A stretch of DNA of 64,000 nt from Trichoplax sp. H2. Its lineage: Eukaryota. Made by a program: the position numbers and the translations under genes. Each line of letters starts with the position of its first letter. Position 1 is the first letter of the stretch. Below, piece after piece: positions 35,129 through 48,529 of this stretch. The notes below the pieces were generated by a model that was not told where the DNA came from, ran no database searches, and saw nothing but the letters and a program-made list of their open reading frames with translations. The stretch spans positions 1-64,000 of the forward strand of contig NOWV01000260.1 of assembly GCA_003344405.1 (NCBI GenBank). The letters run 5' to 3'.

Positions 35129-38100
35129 ATTTAAAACAATACTAAAAAATAAGCTCCTTGATTGTGTGCATATTCTTTATTCACACCAAATGTGCAATAC
35201 GAAAGTAGAAATAGGTCAATATATCGAGCGAAAATATGAACAATTTGAAATGTAAATAATTGTAAGTGTTGTTAAAACTGCATGTGTTCATTCAATATGT
35301 AGCTACAGCCGAAGGCGATCATTCTTTAGAGTAGTGCTATAGATACAAATGCAACAATTTATTTAATACAGAAATATCAGTAAAATAGACCTTGCGGAAG
35401 TTGTCTACAAACCAAAAATACCGTAGCTGTCATAATTAATAAATGTTCTACATTCAGCACGGGTAGATAATTTAAAATAAGCGTATATTCCTCTACATTC
35501 AACTTCAGCTAGCTTCCGTCCTGTTAAGCTTCCATGCTTCTTAGCATATCTAAATATTCACTACGAAACAATGTCTGTTAAGCAAATTTCTAATTAACTA
35601 AATAAAAATTGAATTTATGAGCTTAAACACTACTATAATTAAATTTTGTGGCTAAGATTAATCTCGATTGCTGAATAGCTTTTAAAACTGGATTTCTGAT
35701 TATGTCTTCGTTATATATCGGAGATTTATGAGGAACTCCTTCTCTAATGTAGAAAGTCTTTTTTAGTTTATTGTATGATTCTATTCTAGACTAAATGTAG
35801 CATTCAATAGCAGGATACATGTCTTATTCATATACCTACTTAATTAATGTAATTTGTCCACGAATACACTGGTACATTGGCGAAGTATGGCTTATGGTGT
35901 ATCGGATTATATCAAACTGAATACGGTAAATTGGAAAGTTATAAGTGCTATTACGAATTAGCGGTTAAGCAATGTTTACTATCGTATAAATAACTTCATT
36001 TAAGGCTATATAAGGTAATGTGTGCCCATGTAAAGCATGAACAGAGATACCAAATCTATCCAAAATTTAAGCCTTGACCAAGAATACGTCTCAATTTTAA
36101 ACATGGATTTGGTAGTTAGAAATGGTCGTAAGAACGAATGTTTACATTACATGGATATTGTAGTCTTTTCTAACCAAATATGTTGATTTTATGGAAATAT
36201 ATGCGTCCGCAATCATAAATTGTGATGAAACAGGCTACAGATGTCCTAAGTTTGTAAAAAAATTAGAAACTTACTACCCATAGCTTTACTCTTACTAATT
36301 ACAACTGCTAAGTAGATCTAATAAAAACATAATATTAAACCATTTAACGGTACTGGCTGATTTATATTACCTAGCATTTGCAGCTAAGATCGCTACAGTA
36401 GTATATTATCCTTGTTTCATGTGGAACGCAGCAAATACATGAGTTACTCATCTGCATTTATAGTATACGTATAATAACTGGGAGTCTTCATTACTTACCT
36501 GCCATCAGGTATTTCAACCTCCGATTTTTATGGTGTGCCAAAATACGTTTGAGTATCATTAATTTTACCATTGGCGTGTTCTTGATTCTGATGGTATGAA
36601 TACAGCTAATAAGGTATCTACGGTACTAGTGTATAAACTTATGTTATTAATTACGACATTAATATTTCATGATGTACTTTTCATTTTTACTTGCCTGTCT
36701 TAGCTTAGCCGTAGTTTAAATACACATTTTTAAGTTCTCATATTCCTTACTTTCAACTATAATTTTAAATTAAGATTTGGTACATGTTATTTTTAAGTGA
36801 TTATCTACCAATAAATTGATTAATTATATTTGGAATAGTAATTTAATTATCTGATTGCCATCTACCTATACTTGATATCGAGAAAATTATGGCAAGTATT
36901 GTTGAAAGTTACTACAGTAAGTAAGCAATCACAACAGGTACTCCTTATTTTAAACACAAAAATTTTAATTTCATGGATTGGTTAACTTTCAGTTACCATT
37001 TCTTTCAACTATATTATTATATTATCATATTAACAGTATCGTTGAATTAGAGTATCAATTTTGGTATACCAGTAATAGCTCTAGTTACTCAGTTATCGGT
37101 ATCACTTTGATAAATTATGGAATAAAAGATAAATACTTATTTAAAAGATGCCCTTGAATTCTAGTTCATGTAAATAATAAGAAATTATTTTCTACAATTA
37201 TAGTAACATGGTAATTTTAGCATAAGTTTATAGCGCGTAAGCACATGAAATAGGATTCAGATTAGACTTTTAACGCTATGCAATTTTTGATATACTATCA
37301 GAATTTGATCTGCTTCATTTAAATTAGTTACCACTATAGCTATAAAACAGTAAGTATTAAATTAAATTTATGTATCCAATTCATGGAATACGAGTATGTA
37401 AAACATGAGTATTTTGACAACAATATATTTGATAGTAATTACATCAAGGTTTTGGATAAATGCAAGTAATATTCAGTCGGAAATCAGCGGGTCATTAGTC
37501 GCATTATTCCTAAGTAAATAATTGATGCACTGCAATTGAAAGCCTATATTTCAGTAATTGCTCCATAAAGAATCATATTTCATCCAAAACAACATTCTAT
37601 AACATAGAAATCTTTAGAATATGATATTCATACTATCCTTAAGAATTTCATCAACCAATTAATAAGTTACTTTAATTCTGATTCAAAAATTGTAAACTCC
37701 TGAAATTTAGTATTAGTAACCGTAAATTGCAACTTTTTAAATTAAAAGTTGGTAATATAAAGTTTATTGCCGACTAGTTAATAAAACAAATCGGATTTTG
37801 GGTTATAATTTACATTTTAAATCCTATCAGAAATTTCATAAATTTATATTATAGGTCAATGATAAAACTATTAATATAAAACTATAGCCTGGGTATATTA
37901 CTATTATTTCGCCATCTAATATTGTCGCATCTTCTTGATGATGGCGTTAATAAGAGAATTTAAGTAACTTTGGCGTAGATTATAATAAAATACTAATTGT
38001 CAGTTTTCATCATAAATGCCTATAATTTAAATTTTAAATATATTCATGATCGAGCCATTCGTAATCTACAGCTATTGTGCCCAAATGATATTGGATAGGT

Positions 38101-38477
38101 CGCTCAAAAATATTGCCTAGCATATTCAGATCATAGTAATCCACAAACGATTACAAATTTTACATAATAGTTAGACGAGTCTTTTCGTATGCTTGATACG
38201 TGGAACAATAAATTTTATGGGATATAAATCATGCAAACAGTACTACGTGTTGATGTAAATTTTATATACACAAGTGATGATCGTCGCAATAACATCACAA
38301 TTAATTTAGCCATTTAGTAAGACTAATACAGTCCGAACAGAGAAACATAAATGACAATCAAAATAGCTGTGCTTGGACATAACTTGAAACCAGTGAAAGT
38401 CACCTTAAACGATGAACAGAATTATGGAGCATTTTAGCTGTGATTGGGCAGAAATACTGTATAGCGCCTTTGCTTAG

Positions 38478-41400
38478 CTATTCATCGTCTCTTTGACGGA
38501 TATTTTTCTTTAGTCCAAACTTTATACTACGTTTCTTAAATTTAGCTACACCGCTGTCATTTGTTTGTAGAGATGAAGAAAATGAGTCGATCGTTTTTTG
38601 CCTAAATGCGATTTCTTCTTCGGCTGGAACCAGCTCCTTTTTGGGCTCTGGCTTTGATTCCACTTTCTTTTCAACCACGTCACTGAATACAGTGATATTG
38701 ACGAAAATTATGGCAATCAATTCTCACATTCATATAGTACATAAGTAGCTATTATTATTATGGTTAAAATTCATCGTATCGCCTGCGGATAATTTGTAGA
38801 ATTTTAGTATTGTATGAAACTTACTGTACGGCTACAGTTACCCAAGCTCCATAGGGAGATGCATTTGCAGTTCCAACAGCCTTGTTTCCACTATCAACTT
38901 TATCGATCTTGCGTTTGATTCCAGTTTCTGTCATTCCATTTTCGTTATCCTTGTCGATCTTACTTTGCTAATTTTATTGAAAATTAGTATAATATCATAT
39001 TGTTAGCAACAGTTATACCATTATGAAGTCCTTTGTAATGCGTTAACAGCCTATTACAACATGGATAAGTAGAATATGTTTACTTTCGCCATTAATACTT
39101 AAAAAGCTATATGTCGGGCTACATGTAATTCGATGCAGCCGTGGGCTTAAGAGTCTAACTTACAGCAGGCGAATTGCTATCTGCTGTTTTACTGGCATTT
39201 TCAACTTTACTTGAATTACTATTAGATGAGTTAAAAGTCAACGTTAGTTATATGAAAACGATTGAATAGAATGACTTATAATGTTAATGATGCAAATTTT
39301 AGATTAGACATAGCTTAGGGCCTATTCAACTTTGAAATTAAACAATCAATGAGACTCAAATTAATATAGTGACAACTAGATTTTTTTAAATCAGTCACAT
39401 ATCAGAATAACTGCCGCAAAGAAGTTAAAAATAAGAAAGAAAGAAATAAAATATGATAACTCAATTTAAGATAAATTTAACCTTTGATTTTGAATAAATC
39501 CGGCGGGCTTTTCCCATTTTGATTCTAAATTGCACAAAAAGAGAAATATCACCAATATTAGATTGAAACAAGGAGGCAGAATCATTATCGGAGTCTACCT
39601 CCAGTAGTCCAATTATAGTAATACGTGTAGCCTTCTGGAGATAGTTGAGCAGTCCAACTGCATTGTGAATGTGGTACTGTTTGTACCGGTTGCACCTTGT
39701 AATTCTCTAGTGATTACAAATTAGAGAAATATGTCATACGTGCTTTACTAATGCATAGTAGCGAGCTCTGTATTGCAAGAGTTTCTAGAAGTCGATGATA
39801 GGATGATAGCTACATGAAGCGTTTTATGTTGATAATCGTACAATGACAACATAACATATCTACCACCTTGGGGCTTTAATTGCGACTTCTTGTAGGCGCC
39901 TTTGCCAGGCAATTCTCGAGCTAAAGCAGGATTACTTTTAATGTCTTCCCGGAATGCAGCAGCGGCTGCCTGATTTACAAGGATAAAAAATATAAATCTT
40001 TCGTAGTTAGGAAAAAGCAAAAGAGCGCATCTATCCACTTTAGCAGTACTTTTTCGATTGCTTGTAATTCAGCCTGGAGATCTTTCTCTGCATTTTTCTT
40101 TTCAGTGCTGCGATGACGAGCCTAGTGTATATAGTGGGATATAAAAAAGTTATTGGGCCTAACTTCACTATTATATTACCATAACATGTACAATGATCGC
40201 TTGGATTATTAAAACGCCTGTACACGCTTGCATACAGTAGTATCTCAAGCGTAATTAAACGTTGTATCAGCAGCATCATGTAGACTTGAAAGAATTGATA
40301 CCTCGCGAATTCTTTCTTCAACGCATTTTTTATGCTTAACGCCACGTTCGTGAAATTCGATACTCTACAATCAATTGTTATTAAAGGATATGGAATTGAT
40401 TGAAATATGAATTTATTAAGCAGTATTTGATCAAGTATTTAATAGACATCCGTTTTATTCGTATAAGAATATTTAAAATAAAGGTAAGCGCAGCATATTC
40501 ATGTCAACCTTGATTATTGTTTCAAATTACTGCACCTATTATATCGGTGTTACTTATAAGGAGAAGTACAGCACTACTTATGTTCAATTCGTAATCACGA
40601 TATAGGAGTAACAACTATACAGACACAATATCCATCGTCTTAGTTACGCATAGCATATGAAAGAGAAAGACACTAAATTTGAATTCTAATTCTATGCTTA
40701 ATGCATGCGTTAATTGAAGGTAGTCTAGCTGATACGTTTAAATTGCCAATTGATTATATTATTAAACATAACAAAGTTTCGTTGAGACGTAGAAGCATTT
40801 CAGTATAACAATTAATTTTGAATTGTCTTTGATTATACGGTTAACCAGAAGTTAGTCTAAAGAACCTCGTCTTCAACTATGAAGCCAATTGAGCAATCTG
40901 TACAGGATACAGGTAGGTTATATCAATATTGTCAATGAAACGCCTTATAGAAACTTAATTACTGACAGGATTCCAATGCAACGATTATTTATAATTATCA
41001 AGAATCATATAGTAATGCATGCTACAAAAAGAATTTGCTTTGGAAAGATAAACAGATGACAAATGCTCGTCTAAACTGGAACTAGAAATATGATTGTAAT
41101 CAATAGCTGAGCTAAATCCTAAATGGTAGAATGACAGCATTTGATCACAGCAAGAAATCTATACACAAAGAAACGCTACTAAATTGTCCATGAAGGATCA
41201 GTGGAATGGTAAATACAATTCACTTAATATAATTAAAACTAGAAATAGGATTGCATCAAAAGCTGCAGCTGATTGAATGTTGTCTACATATTAACGGGCT
41301 TACCGCTTTATTGTCGGTTATCCAGCATTTACAAAATTCGCAAAACTTTTTAGGTTGTGATACCCAATATTCAGCCCTAGATAGTCAAGAATAATACTAT

Positions 41401-41501
41401 AACGATCAATTATCCTATACTATGCATTACCATATGATTATCGGTGAAAACTGAACTATCCAGTTATCATCTTATGGAGCCATGACATGCTAAGCTTACA
41501 T
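38478..41501 (-). CDS. WBP4: WW domain-binding protein 4 (FBP21) homologue, spliceosomal; matrin-type zinc finger plus WW domain
   Basis: The start codon is split AT|G across intron 41499-41377. The product reads AEYWVSQPKKFCEFCKCWITDNKASIEFHERGVKH, then WW domain WTAQLSPEGYTYYYNWTTGESKWEKP, SPYGAWVTV and C-terminal FRQKTI...FKKR...KNIRQRDDE*. Confidence 0.92.
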
Positions 41502-42014
41502 ATTGCCTTCAAATCGTCAATGTTGTGCCAGTAATTTTCAATACTTCTGATTCTGATTTATTTCATTATCATGAATAGCCCCAAGAAAATCAATAGCATT
41601 AATGAATAGAGGAATGATGTTATAACCATCATTTATCCTATGCTATCCCATTTCCATATCGCTGTCGATGAAAACTTGATTATCAAGTCATCATCTTATC
41701 GAGCTATGATTTACAAAGCTTACGTATTGCCTTCAAGTCGCCAATGTTGTACTGGTAATTTTCAACACTTGCAATCCCGGTCTATTTCGCTATCACAAAT
41801 AGCCCTAAGAAAATCAATAACATAACGAATAACTATCATTTATTCTATGCTATGCACTACCATTATAATCGTTGATGAAAACTGAACGATCAATCATTAT
41901 CTTGTCAGCCTAGGGCTTGCTAAGCTTACCTACAGTATTGCCTTCAAGTCGACAATGTTGTACTAGCAATTTTCAACACTTGTAGTTCTAGCCAATTTCG
42001 TTAACATAAATAGC
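41410..42014. repeat. Diverged tandem triplication (~190-220 bp) covering the WBP4 start-codon exon and its donor site
   Basis: TATGC...GATGAAAACT...AAGCTTAC..ATTGCCTTCAA.TCG.CAATGTTGT...AATTTTCAA.ACTT recurs at ~41410, ~41632 and ~41840. Confidence 0.88.
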
Positions 42015-44553
42015 AACAGAGTATTTGATTAATTAGCCCAGGTGATGGTTAAATGCGCTCTCCAACAGTATACTTGTCAGCAACAGCGAAGAGAAAGGAG
42101 ATGCTAGCTGCAGTTTGAACTGGTTGCTTGGATAATCTGCAAGCTACGGCAATTGAGGAAATGCAAGTGATAGTGCGCAAACTCTATACGATCCGCTGTC
42201 ACGTTGTCTTCCGTCTGAGGTTCTTTCCTCTTTAGGCTTCGAGGTCAGAGAAGCTTCTTACCGCAAAGTTTGGAGGTTTCTAGAGTTTACAGCCGGCGCT
42301 GATCAAAATCAGTTGCTGAAAGTATGGATTGCCTGTGCTTCTGTAATCTATCCCGCAAGTGGCGTTATGAGAAGAATTTTTCTCTTTACTGTTGATCGAA
42401 TGTCCATGGCAGTAGAGTAGTTTGCATGGTAACTTAGAGTCATGAAAGAGTTCTCGTTATTAGGCAACGCTATCACTAGCCAATTAGTTCTGCTACCGCT
42501 GGTTGAACTGCAATGCAGACTAGAAACAGCGCTTGCAGAATGTAATATTTACAAACAATAGGACGGCTTTTGCGGTAACTTCCACTGTACATTAGGCTGG
42601 ACGAGACTGCTCGAAGTTAATAAAGAATCATGCTTAACATTTTTGACTTTGTATATTCTGGTCCAGTCTACTACTGTAAACTGATTGCAATCACACCCGT
42701 CATTTTCTATCCAATACGGCATGTATGTCCGTCGTTCTATCAATATTATGACTCCATTAATTAATCTTACTTACAAAATCCGTTAGCCGTCTCGTATGCA
42801 TTATTGTTAACAGATATTAGATTGGCCTACAGTAATATCTTTAGATGCTAGTAGACCCTCACTCCGCGTACATTCGTACACTATATTCGTATATAGAACT
42901 GACAGTAATATCTTAAGGTTTACGCTTATATGTGAGTACAGTTAATGAGTCATATCATATCGGTATATTGCATGGATATGATTGCTGTAATGAACGCATA
43001 GTAGTTTATTATAACAACAATCATTAGGTATATCAATTGAGTTGTAGAGTTTAAAATTGACAGAGTATACTAATTCCAAAATATGAGCATTGTAGGAACG
43101 AAAGTAGACCCATAAATTAATTTACCAATCAAAGTGAGCTTTTCCTTATGGATCTAGCTTCAAAATAGCCCATAACAATCAAGCAGTCAATGCACGATTG
43201 GATACTTATGCAAGGAATACGAGCTTAAACACTCGGGATCAACTTGAAAATTCGTATATCGGTGCTATAGCAACTATTGTTGATGCATAGCGTCGTTTGT
43301 ATTCTGTGTTGAATTTCTACTAGTTCTATCTTTTCGATATTTTTATTCGTATAACAATCTTTTGGAATCCGCATGGAACGTTGGCGAGATTAACTAACTT
43401 AAATGGCTATTGATGTTAATATAGGAGATCCTATATTAGTAGAGATATCTAATTATGACGATTATAATAGTATTGTCGACTAAAAGTATATGAACATTAT
43501 AACCAGTTGTCATATATGCCGTATTTGGGAAAATAGACGATAATATAAAGCACTATAGTATTAGTGGAGCTCCTACCGTATTCATTAGGAAGCTATGGTA
43601 ACTTGTAACATGGTAGATGGTGTTTGCCAATTGCACATAAAGCGAGGTCTTTCTGTTGATAGCTATAGCTAGTTCTTATCCTCCGTTAACATTAGATACC
43701 CAATAAAATGTAATTAAGCTATTACTACCCACTGACGTTTTCTTTGGATTTGAATTTATTACACCGGAATTCTTCAGTCAGTTGTTTTACTAGAATATTA
43801 TGATATTACTTATTAGCTTTATCTACAAAAATTACGTATTACCTTACCCGGGTACTATAAGGTTGGGCATACCAGTTGCTCTTCCGAAACTAATAATTAT
43901 TTGCATGCATGCATGTTTGTCAATCAATCAACCTATGGCACTACTTACGTAGTAGTCTGTTTGATAATGCTGCCCTCTAGAATATTCCAAATAAGCTATG
44001 CTATACTTGCCAATGAGAGCATGTACATTGTACTCAGTCATCTATGCATAGATGTTACAAGATTGACCACACATAAATATCTCTGTGACTAATGAGACAT
44101 TCTAAACGATTAGATTTAGAAAAGCTAGCAGACAGGAAGGTTTTATTTTGCTAATATAATGTTTCCCATAACGGTAATACGAATGATTGATTTAAGGACA
44201 AGTATAAAGCGTGTTGTGCATGTTGTACAATAAAATGTTGACTATGACTACGTATACATGTACTGAACAATGTGCACATACATTTCTATCAAAAGCGTGA
44301 CGAAAAATGGATGATAATATAGTTGTACCTACATATCAATGCCTGCTAACATAAGCACATACATAAGTGCTCAGAGTAAAGTTTCCTCTACCAAATTTAA
44401 CTCAAAGAATCTTGGTTAGAATAATAGAAAGGTAGACTGCTAAAAATTACGATACGAGCATTATACGTATTTGAAGTACCGTAGTTAAGGATTTAGAGCA
44501 CATAGTTTAATCATAAACTGCTCATAAGCATCAAGGTTCCAAACGATAAGTCA

Positions 44554-47500
44554 TTAATATTTACTTTTGATACGTTTAACTTCCCTTTCCTTTAGGACAC
44601 GTCGTAATATTTTACCGCTAGCAGATTTAGGAATCTCTTTTACAAATTCGATACCACCACGTAATTTTTTCTGTGGTGATACTTTCTTATTGACAAACTC
44701 CAAAATATCTTTAGCTGATGCACCAGGCTTTACTACTACAATTCCTTTTGGCAATTCTCCACAGTCTTCGTCTGGAACACCAATCACTGCAGCATCCATG
44801 ACGTTGTCGTGTGTCATTAATAAGGCTTCCAATTCCGCTGGTGCAACCTGTTATGGTAGATTAGAGCATTTCTGATTTAATGTAGCTTTAAGATTGACTT
44901 ATAAATAATACTAATACTATATGATAATCAGATTTAAAATTTAACACATATAATGCAAGGTATAAAAGTTCGACCTGAAAAGCCTTATATTTAATGAGCT
45001 CTTTAACTCGATCTACAACGTAAAAAAATTCATCACTATCGTAATAACCAATGTCACCAGTGTGCAACCAGCCGTCTTTATCGATTGTATTTTGGGTGGC
45101 TTTTTCATTTTTCAAGTAACCTTTCATTATCATTGCACCTTTCAACAGAATTTCACCCTCCTTGTAGGGTCCTAATGTCTCACCAGTCAATACATCAATG
45201 ACCTAAGTTTGCAAAGCAGTTAAATAAATAGCCATAGAAGGTCCTTACGATTCAAAGATAAGGTCGCTACTAAACTTAATCTGCTGTTCTTACTAAAACT
45301 ATATCAATCCACTAAACAGTAGCAAACATCATTGGATCATTCTATTAACCGATTAAAAATTATTGTCTATACCTTGCATTTCATGAAAGGAATCAAATGT
45401 CCAACGCTGCCATGTCTGATAGAATTATATGGATTAAGGTGACCACTACCTGTAGTTTCGGTCATTCCGTAACCTAATTTATCAATAAAGAAAATTGTAC
45501 ACTGCAGCAGAATTCTTGCATATACAGTTACTAAAGACTAGGTCAGTAATATCACCAAAATATTTTGCTAAATACAATTAAAATTAAACCTTGCAATATC
45601 TTGATTTTTAAACGTTTTTCAGCTGCTTGTTGAAGTTCTTTGCTTAATGGAGCAGCGCCGCATGATGATCGCCACATCGATGAGATATCATACTTATCAA
45701 CCATAGGATGCTTAGCAAAAAATGCGACAAGGGGAGGCACTAACGGTGCGTATGTTACCTAAATTTTATTTAATTATTCCAAAATATTCACTAAATCATG
45801 CGATATACAGTATTTCATACAATGAGCGGCGCATTAGATAAAAGTAATTTAATTTTACTATGGATATACAGCCAAATTATACAGTACTTTAAATTTAAAG
45901 TTGTACCTACAATGAGAAAAATTACAGAAACAATACCTTGTATTTTTCCACACATTTTAAAAATACTTGTGGATCAAATCGAGGCAACATAATTACGGTT
46001 ACGCCAAAGTATATAGGCGCTAGCATGCAGACGATCATTCCAAAGATGTGATAAAGTGGCAAAACACACAAAAAGATCTCAGGATCTTTCAAAAGAAATT
46101 GTTCTGGGCTAACAGCCGCCTGACAGGCAGTAACGATATTGCGATGTGTCAAGCAAACACCTACGAAGACAAGTCGATACTAGGAGATAAGTTATATATT
46201 GGCGAATAACTATTTATCATGTTGTCTTGCAATATTAATAACTCATAAGTTCAATAGGTTCATTATCGCTAAGTAATGCACGGCAACAATCACCTTTGGC
46301 TAATCCAGTAGTTCCACTTGAGAAGGGGACAGCCGCGACATCTTCTGCCATTGTTCTGGCTGGTAATCGAATCGTTAATCGATCGTCTTCTAAGATATTG
46401 CGTATGCTTGTAAATCCATCCAGCTCTCCAATAATAAAGCGTTCTTTAATAGGGCTATGCAATTCATTTAAGTAACAAGATTTAGATTTTATATGACGAG
46501 AATTTATGTCTTCATATTAGCGAGTGGACAGCTTACTATTAATTCGACTGTTTTATTCAATTATATGAAACAACAGCATAATTTGTTTGTTGCTTATCGA
46601 CTACGATTACATTAACAGTAATCAATCAAAACCTAGGAATAGATCAGTCGAATGCCTGCTACTATTATGAGAAATACAATACAGTAATATGATTTTAAAA
46701 AGGAACGTACGGCACCATTGCTTAGAGATTCAAATAACGTAGAATAGATATTATAATTCAATATAACTTGAGGTAACAGCTGAATGAATAGAAACGTGCG
46801 CCATTAACAGGACTGCACTATTTTATCATAATTTTCACTAAAATTGACTTACACAAGCTTACAAATTTCTTCAACGTTATCAACAAATTCAGGATTAGTA
46901 ACAACATATTTTGCTTCGGTAATATCGAACTGATGCTTGAGTTCACGGACAGTATATAACGGATTGCTGGTTGTAACAACACCGCCAGCATACAAGGTTC
47001 CTATATAAACAGCAGCATATTCTAATACATTTGTAGAATAAATTGCTAAGCAATCGCCTTTACGGAAACCATTTTGCATTAAATATGAACCAAATCGGCG
47101 TATTTGATCACGAAATTGTCCAAATGTGATATACCGACCAGTTATTCCATCCACCTACAGTATATACGATTATTTAACCGTTTAGTAAAATAGGACAAAA
47201 TTATTTGAGAGATCTCAAAAGTGTTTGAGTAGTAGTGAAAGAGCATGTATACCCCTATGTACAAGAATTCAAGCGTCTAAATTTGCATCAATCATACTTC
47301 AAGAGAAATCGAAGTTAATCAGCTGTAATTCTGTAATATCATGCATCGCATAGATACGTATTAACATACGTAGACAAGTGATCTTACTGACGGCATAACG
47401 TAGTGCAAGTATCAATCAGTTTACATGTCATACTTTCAGATCATCATTATTACTGATACGGGTATAAGCAGCACGATAATAAGCATGATTAATTTATTAA

Positions 47501-48116
47501 GGCATCCAATTGATGGACATCTTTTCAATGTTTCAATCACCATTGATTGCCGTGCAAATCAATCGTCGAATGTAAAGTATTGGCGTCCACAGGTTATACA
47601 TGCCCCCAAAAGGAGCATAAGCAACTCTATTACAAGTAAGTGTACAACTATCATTACACTTATCTTCTGAGTACCATTTTTAGCATTATTTTCAAGATAA
47701 CGTGTAGAATGATTTGCCTAAACTGCTACAGAAAAGCAATTACTTCTTCCTGCAATGCCAACTACTGTGTTATACTGTTTAGTACGTACACTCTTACCGT
47801 ATTGATTGGGCCGCAAACTGTTGTTATCATATATTAAATAATATACAGCATATTAAGTGTCACGAGCGAAATTGCTACTATACGAGCATTGCATTCTCTT
47901 TAGTTTGTTCCAAAAGATCTGGATACTCATTAATTTACATGAATTTCTATCACAAATCAATAAACGCTATGATGAAAGTTCAAAATTGCAACGTAATTTG
48001 CTCTCGTCTCTTACAAAGAGTCGTCTATCCCGAAATCGTTCGATGTTAGCAAATGCCAGTTCGACAACATTGGGAAACTGCACAACGTCCATCTTATACC
48101 TTGATGTAATCTCCAT
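44554..48116 (-). CDS. Firefly-luciferase/4-coumarate-CoA-ligase-like acyl-CoA synthetase (ANL superfamily), 8 exons
   Basis: Exon 1 (48116-48015) gives [40 protein letters not shown]. Motifs include AMP-binding [65 protein letters not shown] and [12 protein letters not shown]. The protein ends ...SKY*. Confidence 0.93.
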
Positions 48117-48529
48117 CTTTACTATAAGTGATCTTATCCACTCTTCAACTTATCGTATTAAGACTGAAAAAAGGGCAAAACAGGAAAGGAAGCAGCAATA
48201 GCACAAGGTTTCCCAAACAGCGCTGAGCGATGAGATGATTGTTTACTTTACTGCATGCCAGCCGAATCGACTACAGTACTCTGACTGACCTTGCGCCTAC
48301 CTTCCCACCAGCTCCAACACTCTACTTTCCTCTATACCATGCCTGAGGCAGGGATTCAGGCCTATACAGTTCCACTCTACTTCTGCACCAATCGAACGCA
48401 TGCGCTCCGAAAACGCCCAAGGTTTCACCCACTACAGTACATTGCTAGAGTCTACAGTACGTACTATAATGGACTGTATCCTTTGCATACTGTACTGTAC
48501 AGGTAGGTAGCATGAATTAAAACACCCCT

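Noticed and set aside
36491..36510. TACTTACCTG resembling the U1 snRNA 5' end
   Set aside because: No downstream U1 stem-loops or Sm site. It is simply the reverse complement of a consensus splice donor.
44554..48116. Calling the gene a true luciferase or a horizontally acquired plant 4CL
   Set aside because: This acyl-CoA synthetase family is widespread in non-luminous animals. The gene has normal introns and composition, and its substrate cannot be read from sequence.
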